DNA of 64,000 nt from an uncultured Desulfobacteraceae bacterium. GTDB taxonomy: Bacteria > Desulfobacterota > Syntrophobacteria > BM002. The DNA lies in assembly GCA_964346905.1 (NCBI GenBank), contig CAYFXH010000001.1, forward strand, positions 1,280-65,279. Reading direction: 5' to 3'. The position numbers and the translations under genes were made by a program. Within the stretch, counting starts at the first letter, position 1. Each line of letters opens with the position of its first letter. Below, in pieces: positions 38,500 to 47,707 of this stretch. The notes under the pieces are model-generated. The model was not told the DNA's origin and ran no database searches. It saw nothing but the letters and a program-made list of their open reading frames with translations.

Positions 38500-39195
38500 T
38501 TACCAACCTATTACCACTCGGTGAAAACCTTCCGCCAGTTCAAAATCCTCCCCTTCAGCCATCTCCCTGCACCGCTCTCTCAGCCAATCTTCAGGGTCCG
38601 GATTGGGGAATCCCTGTACCTGGCTCTGGTGGCAACGTAGGGCCGCAATTTTAAGATCAAAGGTATCGGTGATGTCCGAGCGATAGTTAATGTCTTCCGC
38701 CGCCCAGAATAAGATCTCATCTACATTGTGAGGCTCCAAACCTTCCTCTAACAAATCAGGGTAGGCAAGATGATCCCGAGAGTACGGGAAAACTGCATCG
38801 AGAGTAACCTGCCCGGCAATGCGATGGTCGCGATGCCAGAGGTAACGACGGTAGGGATCCGAGGTCACCACGATCCTGGGCTGGTACATGCGTATAAAGC
38901 GAACGATCTGCTTACGAAATTCCGGCGTGTCTTCCAACTCCTGATCCGGGTATCCCAGGAATATTACTTCTCGGACCCCAAGGATCTTGGCCGCAGCCTG
39001 TTGCTCCTTTTTTCTGATTTCGGCCAATTGTTCAGGTTTGAGGCTCCGGTCGCTGGTTCCCTTGTCGCCATTGGTGCAGACAACGTAGACAACCTGCTTT
39101 CCTTCTCTGGTCCAGCGCGCTACTGTTCCTGCCACCCCGAATTCGGCGTCATCCGGATGAGCTGTTACCACCAGTACGTCCGTTGCTTTCGTCAC
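38500..39195 (-). CDS. PIG-L/LmbE-family N-acetylglucosaminyl deacetylase (MshB/BshB-like)
   Basis: Start chosen at GTG (Val71 of ORF 38500..39405) with AGGAGG RBS 6 nt upstream, giving 232 aa; signature VLVVTAHPDDAEFGVAGT and downstream His/Asp. Confidence 0.75.
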   Translation of the reverse strand: MTKATDVLVVTAHPDDAEFGVAGTVARWTREGKQVVYVVCTNGDKGTSDRSLKPEQLAEIRKKEQQAAAKILGVREVIFLGYPDQELEDTPEFRKQIVRFIRMYQPRIVVTSDPYRRYLWHRDHRIAGQVTLDAVFPYSRDHLAYPDLLEEGLEPHNVDEILFWAAEDINYRSDITDTFDLKIAALRCHQSQVQGFPNPDPEDWLRERCREMAEGEDFELAEGFHRVVIGW

Positions 39196-39250
39196 AACGA
39201 ACCTCCTAAAAAGTCGAGACTCGAGTAGTTCAATGAAATACCGAATGATG

Positions 39251-40459
39251 TTACCTGAGTATGGCTGTGTATTCTTCCAGCATAGCGGACGCCACATTTG
39301 CCCAGCTAAATTGGAGGACCGACGCGCGAATTGCTTCAGCGGATAGTCCGTTGGAGTTCGAGATAAAAGCTTCGATACCGTTTGCCAGTAAACGGGGAGA
39401 ACCATTGGTCACCAGATGTCCTGTCTCACCTTGGCGGAGGATGCTCTCCATAGCCCCCACCTTCGTTGCCACCACCGGTGTGCCAGAGGCGAGCGATTCC
39501 AAGGCCACCAGCCCAAAGCTCTCGTAGTAAGAGGGCACAACCAAGACATCTGCGGCATTGTAGTACGGCGGCAGGTTATCCTGTTCGATCCTTCCCACAA
39601 AGGTCACGGAATCCTGAATACCCAACTTCCAGGATAATCTTTGGAGGTTTTGCGACTCCGGTGTATGATGGCCATCGCCACCGACAATTACCAGTCGAAG
39701 CCTTTGATGATTCAGAAGGCGGGCCACGGCCTCAAGCAATCGGTCTATTCCCTTCAATGGCGCAAATCTGCCCACGAACAACACAATCGACTCATCCTCC
39801 GCAAAACCCAACTGCTCTCGCGCCCTCGCTTTGTCCCATGGGCGGAAAAGATCCAGGTTGACACCACACGGTACAACGCCAATTGTCGCAGAGGACGCCC
39901 CATAGTGTTGCATTAGATGGTCTCTTTCTCTGTGGGTGGCGACGAGAATGCGGTTACAATTATGTGCCAAATGCTGTTCGGTGGCTGTACGCAGTTCGGG
40001 TTCTTTCTCCGCACCAACTGTACTGTTCTTTACCGCGCCAACAGTATGGAACATGAAAAGATGAGGGACTTCCCAGCGTTCATGGGCCCATTTCCCCACC
40101 CGACCGGAGAGCCAGTAGTTACTATGTACAAGGTCATAGTCCAACGACTCGTATGTTCTAAATCTTTCCAGCTCCCGGAAAAAATCAGGCAGATAGGGAT
40201 AAAGTGCCAATTTGTTCATATCACCGTTGTTCCCGGCTTTTAGATGAATGAGTCGGACGTTCTCACATAGTTCAACTCTCTGAGTATCAGCTGCATTACT
40301 GAGACGCGTATAAATGTCGACCAAATGGCCGCGGTTTCCCAGCTCCCGGGCAAGCTCACGGACATAGACACTCATGCCTCCGGTGTCTTTTGTCCCTAAT
40401 TCTCCTAGCGGACTTGAATGAACGCTCAACATTGCAATTCTTAACTGTTCTGCTTCCAC
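39251..40459 (-). CDS. GT4 glycosyltransferase of the MshA/BshA (N-acetylglucosaminyl-transferase) family
   Basis: 402 aa; IAMLSVHSSPLGELGTKDTGGMSVYV, DLVHSNYWLSG, HTVGAVKNS, PSYYESFGLVALESLASGTPVVA align block-for-block with Corynebacterium MshA (from memory). Confidence 0.75.
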   Translation of the reverse strand: MEAEQLRIAMLSVHSSPLGELGTKDTGGMSVYVRELARELGNRGHLVDIYTRLSNAADTQRVELCENVRLIHLKAGNNGDMNKLALYPYLPDFFRELERFRTYESLDYDLVHSNYWLSGRVGKWAHERWEVPHLFMFHTVGAVKNSTVGAEKEPELRTATEQHLAHNCNRILVATHRERDHLMQHYGASSATIGVVPCGVNLDLFRPWDKARAREQLGFAEDESIVLFVGRFAPLKGIDRLLEAVARLLNHQRLRLVIVGGDGHHTPESQNLQRLSWKLGIQDSVTFVGRIEQDNLPPYYNAADVLVVPSYYESFGLVALESLASGTPVVATKVGAMESILRQGETGHLVTNGSPRLLANGIEAFISNSNGLSAEAIRASVLQFSWANVASAMLEEYTAILR

Positions 40460-40503
40460 GTGCGCTACCTCTCGATTCAGTGCTTGTTTACCGTTCAGAT
40501 TGT

Positions 40504-41481
40504 TCAGAGTTTAATCTGGCATCTATACAAGGTAACAGGTTTACCTCCCAACCGATGTTTGTAATCCTCTGCGCCTTTGAGAAAATCGTACCTCTCTTTT
40601 CCTCTCTGAATGCTTTCTTGAATGGTGAATACCTTACTGAGCAGACCCACGTTCAGCGAACTGAATCTGCCGTCATACCCATTGTTGTAAAGATATATCG
40701 TCGAATTATAATCAAAACACATCACCGCGGCTGCAGGTGTCCCGTCAAGTTCGAGGATAAACAGTTGCAATAGCTTGAGCGTTGCCATTGTCTCGGCCAG
40801 TGACCGAAAAAAAGAAGCCATCTGACTAGTCATAAAAGCTGCCTTATCGGCTCGACTCAATCCAAACAGCGCCAAAAAGGTGTCCATTTCCTCCAGGACT
40901 TCTCTTACATCCTCCACAACCCGATATCTGATGTCTGCAGCCTCATCTAATCTCCTGAGTTTTCGTCTCACTTCGTGCCGCTGTTTTCCGGTCAACATGT
41001 GCAAGAATTCATCCCAGCTTGCCGGCAACTCTAACTCCAGGGTAACATCCTCGGGATCGCAAAAAACCTCGCACTCCAGCGCTTTGGCCACGTTGACAAA
41101 ATCGGTGAGCACTTTAGAGTCGGCACGTACGGAGTTCAGATCCAGGTGAGTGATACCCTGCTCCCTTAAATGATTGATGAGAATCTCAGAAAACTCCCCT
41201 ACCCTCCCAGGGGTGACGATGAAATCTTGGTAATCGCAAACATCAGGATCGCCCATGAAGCGGGCCTCTCTTCCTTCCAGCAAAAACGGCGCGATACCGA
41301 TCACTTCTTCCCCGTCTTTCACCGCGTAGAGGGAGGGAGCCAATTCAGCACTGAATACGTTCCACCATACCTCCAGCCAGCCGGGCAAAACAAAGAGACA
41401 ATCCCACTCCAGGACATATCCCGGATCTAGCCAGTAAGAGGCGAGATTTTCAAAGGTCTCTTCAGTTACGGTATATGCCAT
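40504..41481 (-). CDS. FemAB/CelD-like tandem-GNAT acyltransferase (Acetyltransf_6-like)
   Basis: Start Met27 of ORF 40504..41559 (GAAGGTGA RBS). ~326 aa with two GNAT-like halves; architecture typical of aminoacyl-tRNA-dependent transferases (FemX/FemAB) and CelD; no precise motif verified. Confidence 0.5.
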   Translation of the reverse strand: MAYTVTEETFENLASYWLDPGYVLEWDCLFVLPGWLEVWWNVFSAELAPSLYAVKDGEEVIGIAPFLLEGREARFMGDPDVCDYQDFIVTPGRVGEFSEILINHLREQGITHLDLNSVRADSKVLTDFVNVAKALECEVFCDPEDVTLELELPASWDEFLHMLTGKQRHEVRRKLRRLDEAADIRYRVVEDVREVLEEMDTFLALFGLSRADKAAFMTSQMASFFRSLAETMATLKLLQLFILELDGTPAAAVMCFDYNSTIYLYNNGYDGRFSSLNVGLLSKVFTIQESIQRGKERYDFLKGAEDYKHRLGGKPVTLYRCQIKL

Positions 41482-41574
41482 GGTCACCTTCGGAGTATTG
41501 GTACTGTAACGATTGCGGATTGCGGAATTTGGTGATTTCCCTGCTTTGCAATCCTTCATGCTGAAATCTGTAAT

Positions 41575-42006
41575 CTACAAGCTGACCTTGCCGCCGCTTC
41601 TAAAATCTCCACCACCCGTACCAAGTCTTCCAAGGGAGCTGCTATTGGCTCTCCCGTCAACAAATGATCGGCTAGGTTCCGATGAAAAAGATAATGCTCT
41701 CGTTTGGGCAATGCCAGTTTTTGGGTGATAAGTAGTACCTACTGGGATCGCATCATGGGAATGCCAGTAGCCACAGGGGTGCGCAAAACTGCCCACGAAG
41801 GTCTCCATGTAAAAGAGGTCGCCAATCAGCCCATGAGCGAGTGCTTGTTTAATCGCCAAGTAGTCCACGTCCCACCGCCGGTTTTGGTGGCAGCTCAGAT
41901 GCACCCGCTGTTTTTTGGCCATCTCCACCATGGCGGCTGTTTCCTTTTGGCTCAATGCCAGGGGCTTTTCACAGACCACATGCTTCCCTGCTGCCATCAT
42001 TTGCAA
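41575..42006 (-). pseudogene. Gfo/Idh/MocA-family oxidoreductase remnant (N-terminal Rossmann region and C-terminal domain missing)
   Basis: ORF begins at AAGKHVVCEKPLAL, the motif that normally lies ~90 aa into Gfo/Idh/MocA proteins. Only 75 nt separate it from the upstream gene. C-terminal 40 aa are low-complexity, suggesting frameshift. Confidence 0.5.
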
Positions 42007-42080
42007 AGATAAGTTTGCATGGGAGTTCGGTGGGGTGGCTAATCATTTTCCTTTAACCCTCACAGTTCCTGGTTTCTTGC

Positions 42081-43334
42081 CTATGACTTCAGTCGCCACT
42101 GCGCGCCATCTCCAGTATCCTCAACTATTATGTCTGCTCGCTGGAGGCTGTCGCGGATGACGTCGGCTTCTTGCCATTGTTTCTTTTGTCGGAACTCCTG
42201 GCGCAACTTGAGTAGCTCTTCCACGAGAGGGGCAAGACAATCAGCCCTATTTTTTGGAGAAGCCTCAAGTCTCATTCCTAAAATGACTATCAAATCTCGA
42301 AAAATTTCTTTAGCTTGGGAAATGAATTCCTCGTTTTCATGATCCTGCTTGGCTCTCCAGATAACCCGATCAAGCTCCAAAAGAGCGTTGGTGGCTTCTT
42401 TCGGTTCGTCTTTTTCGAGGCCGAGCCGAAAGGTGTTTTCGATTGCATGAATGGTATCCCAGAAGGACTCTGCATCAACATCAGAGGTAGGTTTGAAAAT
42501 CGCTTGCTTTGGGGTTGTCGGTTTCCACTCCTTACCCATCTCTCCTCCACGGAGAACATCAAGAGAAAAACGGTCACCCTTTTCAAAGACCAACTCAGCT
42601 CCCCGACAACGTAGGGTCGCAGTGCCGAGTCCCTTAATGAGAGCTTCTTCTTTTTCAAAATCAATGAGGCAGGCCGTATGTTCATCCAAGCCAAAAATGG
42701 ATACATCCTTGGGCAAGAGGGACTCGAGCTTGCGAAAGCGCGATTCACCCATGAAACAGAAACGGGTGTCGTGAGTCCCACCTTCAGCGTTGTTCCAATG
42801 GGGAATCACCACCAGATTGAAGCCGAAGTGGTGGAGTATATTCATCCCCTCCACCCAATGCAGGTCTTCGCCCACCTTGTAAATCTCATAGACTGGGAGA
42901 GTGAAGCGTCCCAGGGTCAGGGCGGCAGCACTGGCAGCCACTAGGCAACCGCCGGATTCGATCTGCTTTATCAAGATTTCAGGTACGGGTGTTTGCTGCC
43001 ACTGGCGAAGGGCATACGTCGGACTTCCTGGGCCAATCAGAATAAAGTCGGCCTCCCGCAGCGTATGAAAGGCCTGCTCGGCTTCGTATGGTGTGATCCT
43101 CTCGTTTGACTGAAACGAGGCTGTTGACATGGGTTGTTGAACATGGATACGAAAATAATCCAAGGCTCTCTTGGATATCTGATCAACATTAAGCTGAAAG
43201 CCAGCCGGCGTATCGAGAAATACGGCTCGGGGATCTTGAGCAAATCCCGCCAGTAACTCCTTGTGAACTTCAACCATGGTTGCAGTGAGTTCACCTGAGC
43301 CCATGAGGGCGATAATTCCTTTCCTTGATGACAC
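42081..43334 (-). CDS. Fusion protein: peptidase S51/cyanophycinase-like (class I GATase-like) N-terminal domain + C-terminal tRNA-anticodon-binding region of cysteinyl-tRNA synthetase
   Basis: 417 aa. N-terminal IALMGSGE...FLDTPAGF...ILIGPGSPTYALR...GGCLVAASAAALTLG resembles the S51 fold. C-terminal ...LRQEFRQKKQWQEADVIRDSLQRADIIVEDTGDGAQWRLKS aligns with E. coli CysRS C-terminus ...[39 protein letters not shown] (from memory). No HIGH or KMSKS motifs present. Confidence 0.6.
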   Translation of the reverse strand: MSSRKGIIALMGSGELTATMVEVHKELLAGFAQDPRAVFLDTPAGFQLNVDQISKRALDYFRIHVQQPMSTASFQSNERITPYEAEQAFHTLREADFILIGPGSPTYALRQWQQTPVPEILIKQIESGGCLVAASAAALTLGRFTLPVYEIYKVGEDLHWVEGMNILHHFGFNLVVIPHWNNAEGGTHDTRFCFMGESRFRKLESLLPKDVSIFGLDEHTACLIDFEKEEALIKGLGTATLRCRGAELVFEKGDRFSLDVLRGGEMGKEWKPTTPKQAIFKPTSDVDAESFWDTIHAIENTFRLGLEKDEPKEATNALLELDRVIWRAKQDHENEEFISQAKEIFRDLIVILGMRLEASPKNRADCLAPLVEELLKLRQEFRQKKQWQEADVIRDSLQRADIIVEDTGDGAQWRLKS

Positions 43335-43749
43335 GCCGAACTTCTTTCCAGTGAGCCACAGAGGCCACTGATCATTGGATTGAGTTCAGAGACTGCTGAG
43401 CTACCGTCTCCATTGATAATCAAAACCGACACCCAACTGGATAAGATAAGCCACTTTTGTTAACTAGTAAAGGTCACACCATGTTCTTTGCTGAAGAGAG
43501 AGCTTCACTTTGCGCATTGGACGGGATGCTTCCATGTTTAGTAGTCTCTGCCAAGATCTATCCCAGACGGCAATCGCTGGGGGTACAGAGGACGTCTTGA
43601 TCACACACGAAGAGCTCGGCAGGTAAGATGAGACCCGTGCAACGTGTTTCCGGTTGGCACACCCCTTGCTTCTGTATATGTATTGCAATCTGTGGCAACC
43701 AGTAGTCTGCACCATTCACTGGTCTACTTTGGTGAAGCGAGAACGAGAA

Positions 43750-43980
43750 ATGACGTACATTTGCATAAAATGTAGAAAAACCTGGGTCAGTGGAACTCAT
43801 ACTGATCAGTATTCCGGGGGATTGTGCCAAGCGTGCACTACGGAGTACATTAGAGAGAGGCAAAAAAGCCACGGGTTTCATGATTGCTTCAAACGGGCAG
43901 TTGAAGTCTGTTCAAGAGACGAATGCAGTTACTGGCTCTTGTGCAACAGAGATCTTATGGAGAAGAGGGGATGTGCGTGA
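43750..43980 (+). CDS. Small Cys-rich (9 Cys / 76 aa) putative zinc-ribbon protein
   Basis: Internal Met of ORF 43654..43980; CIKC...CQAC...HDC...C...DEC pattern; weak RBS, so uncertain. Confidence 0.25.
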   Translation: MTYICIKCRKTWVSGTHTDQYSGGLCQACTTEYIRERQKSHGFHDCFKRAVEVCSRDECSYWLLCNRDLMEKRGCA

Positions 43981-44107
43981 ACCTGTGACTTTCTACTCAA
44001 CCTCTAAATCGGTCTCTTGGTACCGGTAACGTTAAGGGGCAAAACATACGGCAAGAGGGACAGCCATGAAGGTATACCTGATCAATGGTATATGTTCATG
44101 ACCGTCC

Positions 44108-45208
44108 CTACTTCGAGGCCAGCATGTAACCTTTCCGGGCCATGTGGCTGGTTAGCAGACCGTCTAGACCGTTGTAAAACACCAGGAGAATGAGGGCAAC
44201 GATAAGACTCTCCTGCTCTCCGCTCAAAAACGCCAATATCACCACCGCCCAAATCACCATCGAGCCCAATAATTCCAGACTGCCTAACAACGTGTGACCG
44301 AGATACATGTCTCTCAATCCGGGCAATAACAAAGATCTCAAAAAAGCTGTCTTTGGGTTTTTAAACTCTGCCTGGCATTTTGGGCATGCAAGCAAGTTTT
44401 TCGCAAGCGGCACGTAACAGGAGGGACAGAGGTCTTCAACCGCAGCTTCCGCTGTCTTTGCGGCCTTGAAAAGACGCTGCCTTTCCCGAACAAATTGTTG
44501 AAAATCTTTCGCCATGTACCGCTTCATCCCGGTAAAGATACGACGTTTGCCTTTCTGCCGGTGGAGTACGAGACTCGTGCCGAACAGACCCGTCCCAACT
44601 TTGCTGATGGTCTCATAGGGTATCTGGAAAAAGTAGTGGGTCGGCTTTGAAATTTTTTGATTTACATTGATGAACAGGAGTCTCTGACTGGTGCCCACCA
44701 CTGCATAGTGATTGTACAGCGTCGTCAAGTAGCCGTTTCCAAAAATAATCTCTGATGGGTAATAGGCCGTTGCTTTACCAATTCGCATGGCTTGCTCATC
44801 GCTTAGTAGCATTTTATCCAGCGTTCCATGCACCGCCTTAAGAATTTTGACCTTAAACGTGTTTCTTCTGGTCTTATAGGCTCCTTTTTTACTGGGGGTA
44901 ATCATTCCATCAAGCTTCAGTTTTTCAGAGGTCAGATTCTGCAACTCCGGGTATTCAGTGATGAGAGTTAATTCAGACTCAGACCGATCTCTTTCCTGGG
45001 GAATTTGGTAGTTTGCATCATTGGACGGAGGTGTTACAGCAGCAAAGTCGGACACCATCTGGGCATCCAGAATCATGTCTTGCTCCCCATGCGGCTCAAC
45101 GAGAAATTTTCCTCCACATCTTTTGCAACTGGCTTGAACGGGCTTTTCCGGGATTTTGTCGCTTGCAACCTTGTACTGAGTGTTACAGATGGGACAAACA
45201 ATCTGCAT
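44108..45208 (-). CDS. Membrane protein with N-terminal MJ0042-type zinc ribbon, central bacterial PH-like domain, second CxxC...CxxC pair and C-terminal TM helices
   Basis: MQIVCPICNTQYKV...CKRCGGKF; later CPSCYVPLAKNLLACPKCQAEF; hydrophobic C-terminus. Confidence 0.5.
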   Translation of the reverse strand: MQIVCPICNTQYKVASDKIPEKPVQASCKRCGGKFLVEPHGEQDMILDAQMVSDFAAVTPPSNDANYQIPQERDRSESELTLITEYPELQNLTSEKLKLDGMITPSKKGAYKTRRNTFKVKILKAVHGTLDKMLLSDEQAMRIGKATAYYPSEIIFGNGYLTTLYNHYAVVGTSQRLLFINVNQKISKPTHYFFQIPYETISKVGTGLFGTSLVLHRQKGKRRIFTGMKRYMAKDFQQFVRERQRLFKAAKTAEAAVEDLCPSCYVPLAKNLLACPKCQAEFKNPKTAFLRSLLLPGLRDMYLGHTLLGSLELLGSMVIWAVVILAFLSGEQESLIVALILLVFYNGLDGLLTSHMARKGYMLASK

Positions 45209-45478
45209 GGCGCCCCCCTTGGGTTTGAATTGTTATGAATCTCTTCTGTTCCTGGTTGCCAGGGCTACTAGGTGAGTTGGCCCATGACCCCGTGGTAATG
45301 CAAACCGCATGCCGACCTCCCTCAATGCATGATCTTTTGGATGGTCCGAAGACCTAGAAGTCCATGGCTTTACCAGGCAGGATGCACCAGCTATTCCCCC
45401 CTCTACGATGACCTGGTTTGCAAATGTGCTGGTCTGCTTTATTATTAAAGATACTCGAGAAGACAGGTACAATTGACA

Positions 45479-46522
45479 ATGTCGAAATTTCCTCTCGTAA
45501 TAGCTTTTTTAGCCGCGGTTTTGTTTGGCGGAGCAACACCCGCAAGTAAGGTATTGTTGCGGGCTTTGCCAACATTTCAGCTTGCAGGGCTCCTCTACCT
45601 CGGCGCTGCCCTCGGCGTCCTACCCCTGATCGCCCATGAGGGGACGTTTTCGTGGCCTTGGAGTCTTGACCGCAAAACCGGTCTCCGACTTGTTGGAGCA
45701 ATCAGCTTTGGGGGTGTGGTGGGCCCGGTGTTCTTACTTTTCGGCCTGCGGCTCGCCTCGGCTGCTTCGGTATCTTTGTGGCTCAATTTGGAACTCATTG
45801 CCACTGTACTTCTCGGCTATCTCGTTTTTCGCGACCAGCTAACCGCATACGGATGGGTTGCCGCCATAGGAACGCTTGCAGCAGCGACGCTATTGTCCGC
45901 ATCCGAGGGATTGGCCGGGGTGAAGGCTGGTCTGCTCGTCACCCTGGCCTGTTTTTGCTGGGGCTTGGATAATCACCTCACCGCCCTGATCACCGGTATC
46001 ACTCCGGCACAGACCACCTTTTGGAAGGGCTTGGTTGCGGGTATGGTGAACCTCGCCATTGGAACAAGATTGGACCCCTACACTGCGACAATCTCTTTGA
46101 CAGCCGCGGCCATCGCCGTCGGTATTCTTTCCTATGGAATAAGTATCGTGCTCTATATCACTTCGGCACAAAAGCTGGGTGCCACGAGAAGTCAAATCAT
46201 TTTTTCCAGTTCGCCATTTTTGGGGGTCATCCTGGCTGCAATTTTCCTGAGAGAAACCATTTCTGTGGCTCAAATAGTGGCCTCACTGGTTATCATTACT
46301 TCCCTTGCGTTTCTGTTCTTCGAGCAACATGCGCACGTGCATCATCATGACGCCACGGCACACGAGCATTGGCATCGCCATGACGACGGCCATCACGACC
46401 ACGTATTCCCAGGAATGCCTCGGGCTATATATCACAGTCACTGGCACGAGCATAAAGCCATGACCCATAAGCATGCTCACCGGCCCGATCCATATCACCG
46501 GCATAAACACGGGGAAGACTAA
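45479..46522 (+). CDS. EamA/DMT-superfamily transporter with His-rich C-terminal tail
   Basis: 10 TM-like segments, then HAHVHHHDATAHEHWHRHDDGHHDH...HSHWHEHKAMTHKHAHRPDPYHRHKHGED; ORF-track frame begins at TTG 45473. Confidence 0.65.
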   Translation: MSKFPLVIAFLAAVLFGGATPASKVLLRALPTFQLAGLLYLGAALGVLPLIAHEGTFSWPWSLDRKTGLRLVGAISFGGVVGPVFLLFGLRLASAASVSLWLNLELIATVLLGYLVFRDQLTAYGWVAAIGTLAAATLLSASEGLAGVKAGLLVTLACFCWGLDNHLTALITGITPAQTTFWKGLVAGMVNLAIGTRLDPYTATISLTAAAIAVGILSYGISIVLYITSAQKLGATRSQIIFSSSPFLGVILAAIFLRETISVAQIVASLVIITSLAFLFFEQHAHVHHHDATAHEHWHRHDDGHHDHVFPGMPRAIYHSHWHEHKAMTHKHAHRPDPYHRHKHGED

Positions 46523-46540
46523 CGAAGGCAAACAGCAGGG

Positions 46541-46576
46541 TTCAGATTGCAGATTTTAGATTGCAGATTTTAGATC
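46541..46576. repeat. Tandem 14-mer (cagattttagattg x2) 3 direction of the DMT gene / far upstream of the ECF operon
   Basis: Seen directly. Confidence 0.5.
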
Positions 46577-46698
46577 TAGGAACTAAGACCAAGAGTGTGC
46601 CAGTGATAATCACATGTGTGTTTTCAAAAAGGACATGTTGAACGTGCATCGAAAAAAACCACCTCCTAGATATTCACAATCTCAAATCTCAAATGGTC

Positions 46699-46728
46699 TT
46701 GACACCGTGTAGAATGTCGGTAATAATT
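46699..46728 (+). promoter_or_regulatory. Sigma70-like promoter candidate (TTGACA - 17 nt - AATAAT) followed by ~200-nt hairpin-rich leader before the ECF transporter operon
   Basis: Perfect -35 hexamer and A/T-rich -10 seen in sequence; leader contains gggctgaagccc and other hairpins. Confidence 0.3.
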
Positions 46729-46921
46729 TTTCAAAGCGTGGGCTGAAGCCCATATTGTTATCAGAGAAGATATCAGCACTATTGGGCCACGAAGGCTTAT
46801 CTGAACTCAGGAGAGTTAGAAGAGGATAAGCTGATGTGGCTTTTTTGTTGGGCCTGCAGCCCAGGGCGATCGGGTATTCCCCCCTTGGTAAAAGGCCAAC
46901 CGCTTCCAGCATGACGGACAA

Positions 46922-47698
46922 ATGTGGCAGACAGAGATGAAGAAGATGGTTGGGTTGCTTGTGACGGTACTGTGGCTGGTCTTTTTTGCTCACCAGACGG
47001 CAACCGCTCACTTCGGTATGATCATTCCTTCAGATGAGATGGTTATGAGGGGGGAAAGCCCGAATGTCGCCGTGCAGCTCATGTTCTGGCACCCCTTCGA
47101 AGGTCAGGGAATGGAACTGGCGAAGCCCGCACAATTTGGCGTGGTGGCAAACGGCAGCAAGCAGGACTTGTTACATACGCTCAGTTCTAGAAAGATCAAA
47201 GAACATACCACCTGGCAGACTACCTATCGAATCAGGCGGCCCGGACTTTATATTTTTTACATGGAGCCGCAGCCTTACTTGGAGGCTGCGGAAAATTCTT
47301 ACATCATTCATTACACCAAGACCGTAGTTGCAGCTTATGGTAAGGACGAAGGCTGGGATGAACCCATCGGCCTGAAAACCGAAATCGTCCCCCTAAGCAG
47401 ACCTTTTGGCCTTTACGTGACCAATGTGTTTCAAGGGGTGGTTATGCGCAATGGGAAACCCGTGGCCGGTGTCGAGGTGGAAGTCGAGTACTTCAATGTG
47501 ACTGGTACGTATTCCGCCCCTACGGACTACATGGTGACCCAGACCACTAGGACCGACCCGAACGGGGTTTTTACTTACGCGGTCCCCAAGGCTGGCTGGT
47601 GGGGTTTCGCCGCCATCACCACTGATGATCACCAAATCAACGGTAAAGATGTGGAAATTGGCGCTGTGCTATGGGTCAAGTTCCATCTGATGCAATAG
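46922..47698 (+). CDS. DUF4198-family periplasmic component of Ni/Co ECF transporter (NikK-like)
   Basis: 258 aa, signal peptide, adjacent and upstream of cbiM in same orientation; start may be Met6. Confidence 0.55.
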   Translation: MWQTEMKKMVGLLVTVLWLVFFAHQTATAHFGMIIPSDEMVMRGESPNVAVQLMFWHPFEGQGMELAKPAQFGVVANGSKQDLLHTLSSRKIKEHTTWQTTYRIRRPGLYIFYMEPQPYLEAAENSYIIHYTKTVVAAYGKDEGWDEPIGLKTEIVPLSRPFGLYVTNVFQGVVMRNGKPVAGVEVEVEYFNVTGTYSAPTDYMVTQTTRTDPNGVFTYAVPKAGWWGFAAITTDDHQINGKDVEIGAVLWVKFHLMQ

Positions 47699-47707
47699 GA
47701 AAGAGCC

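Noticed and set aside
39196-39405. N-terminal 70-aa extension of the LmbE ORF
   Set aside because: Overlaps the 3 end of the upstream GT4 gene; AGGAGG-GTG start at 39195 gives a canonical ~232-aa LmbE.
43037-43432. Minus-strand 131-aa ORF
   Set aside because: Out-of-frame overlap with the 5 end of the S51-CysRS-C fusion gene; no independent support.
46523-46921. Cobalamin riboswitch upstream of the cbiM operon
   Set aside because: Looked for the B12-box (AGYCMGGAAGACCKGCC-like) and the conserved GCCACUG segment by eye and found neither; kept only as an unspecified structured leader.
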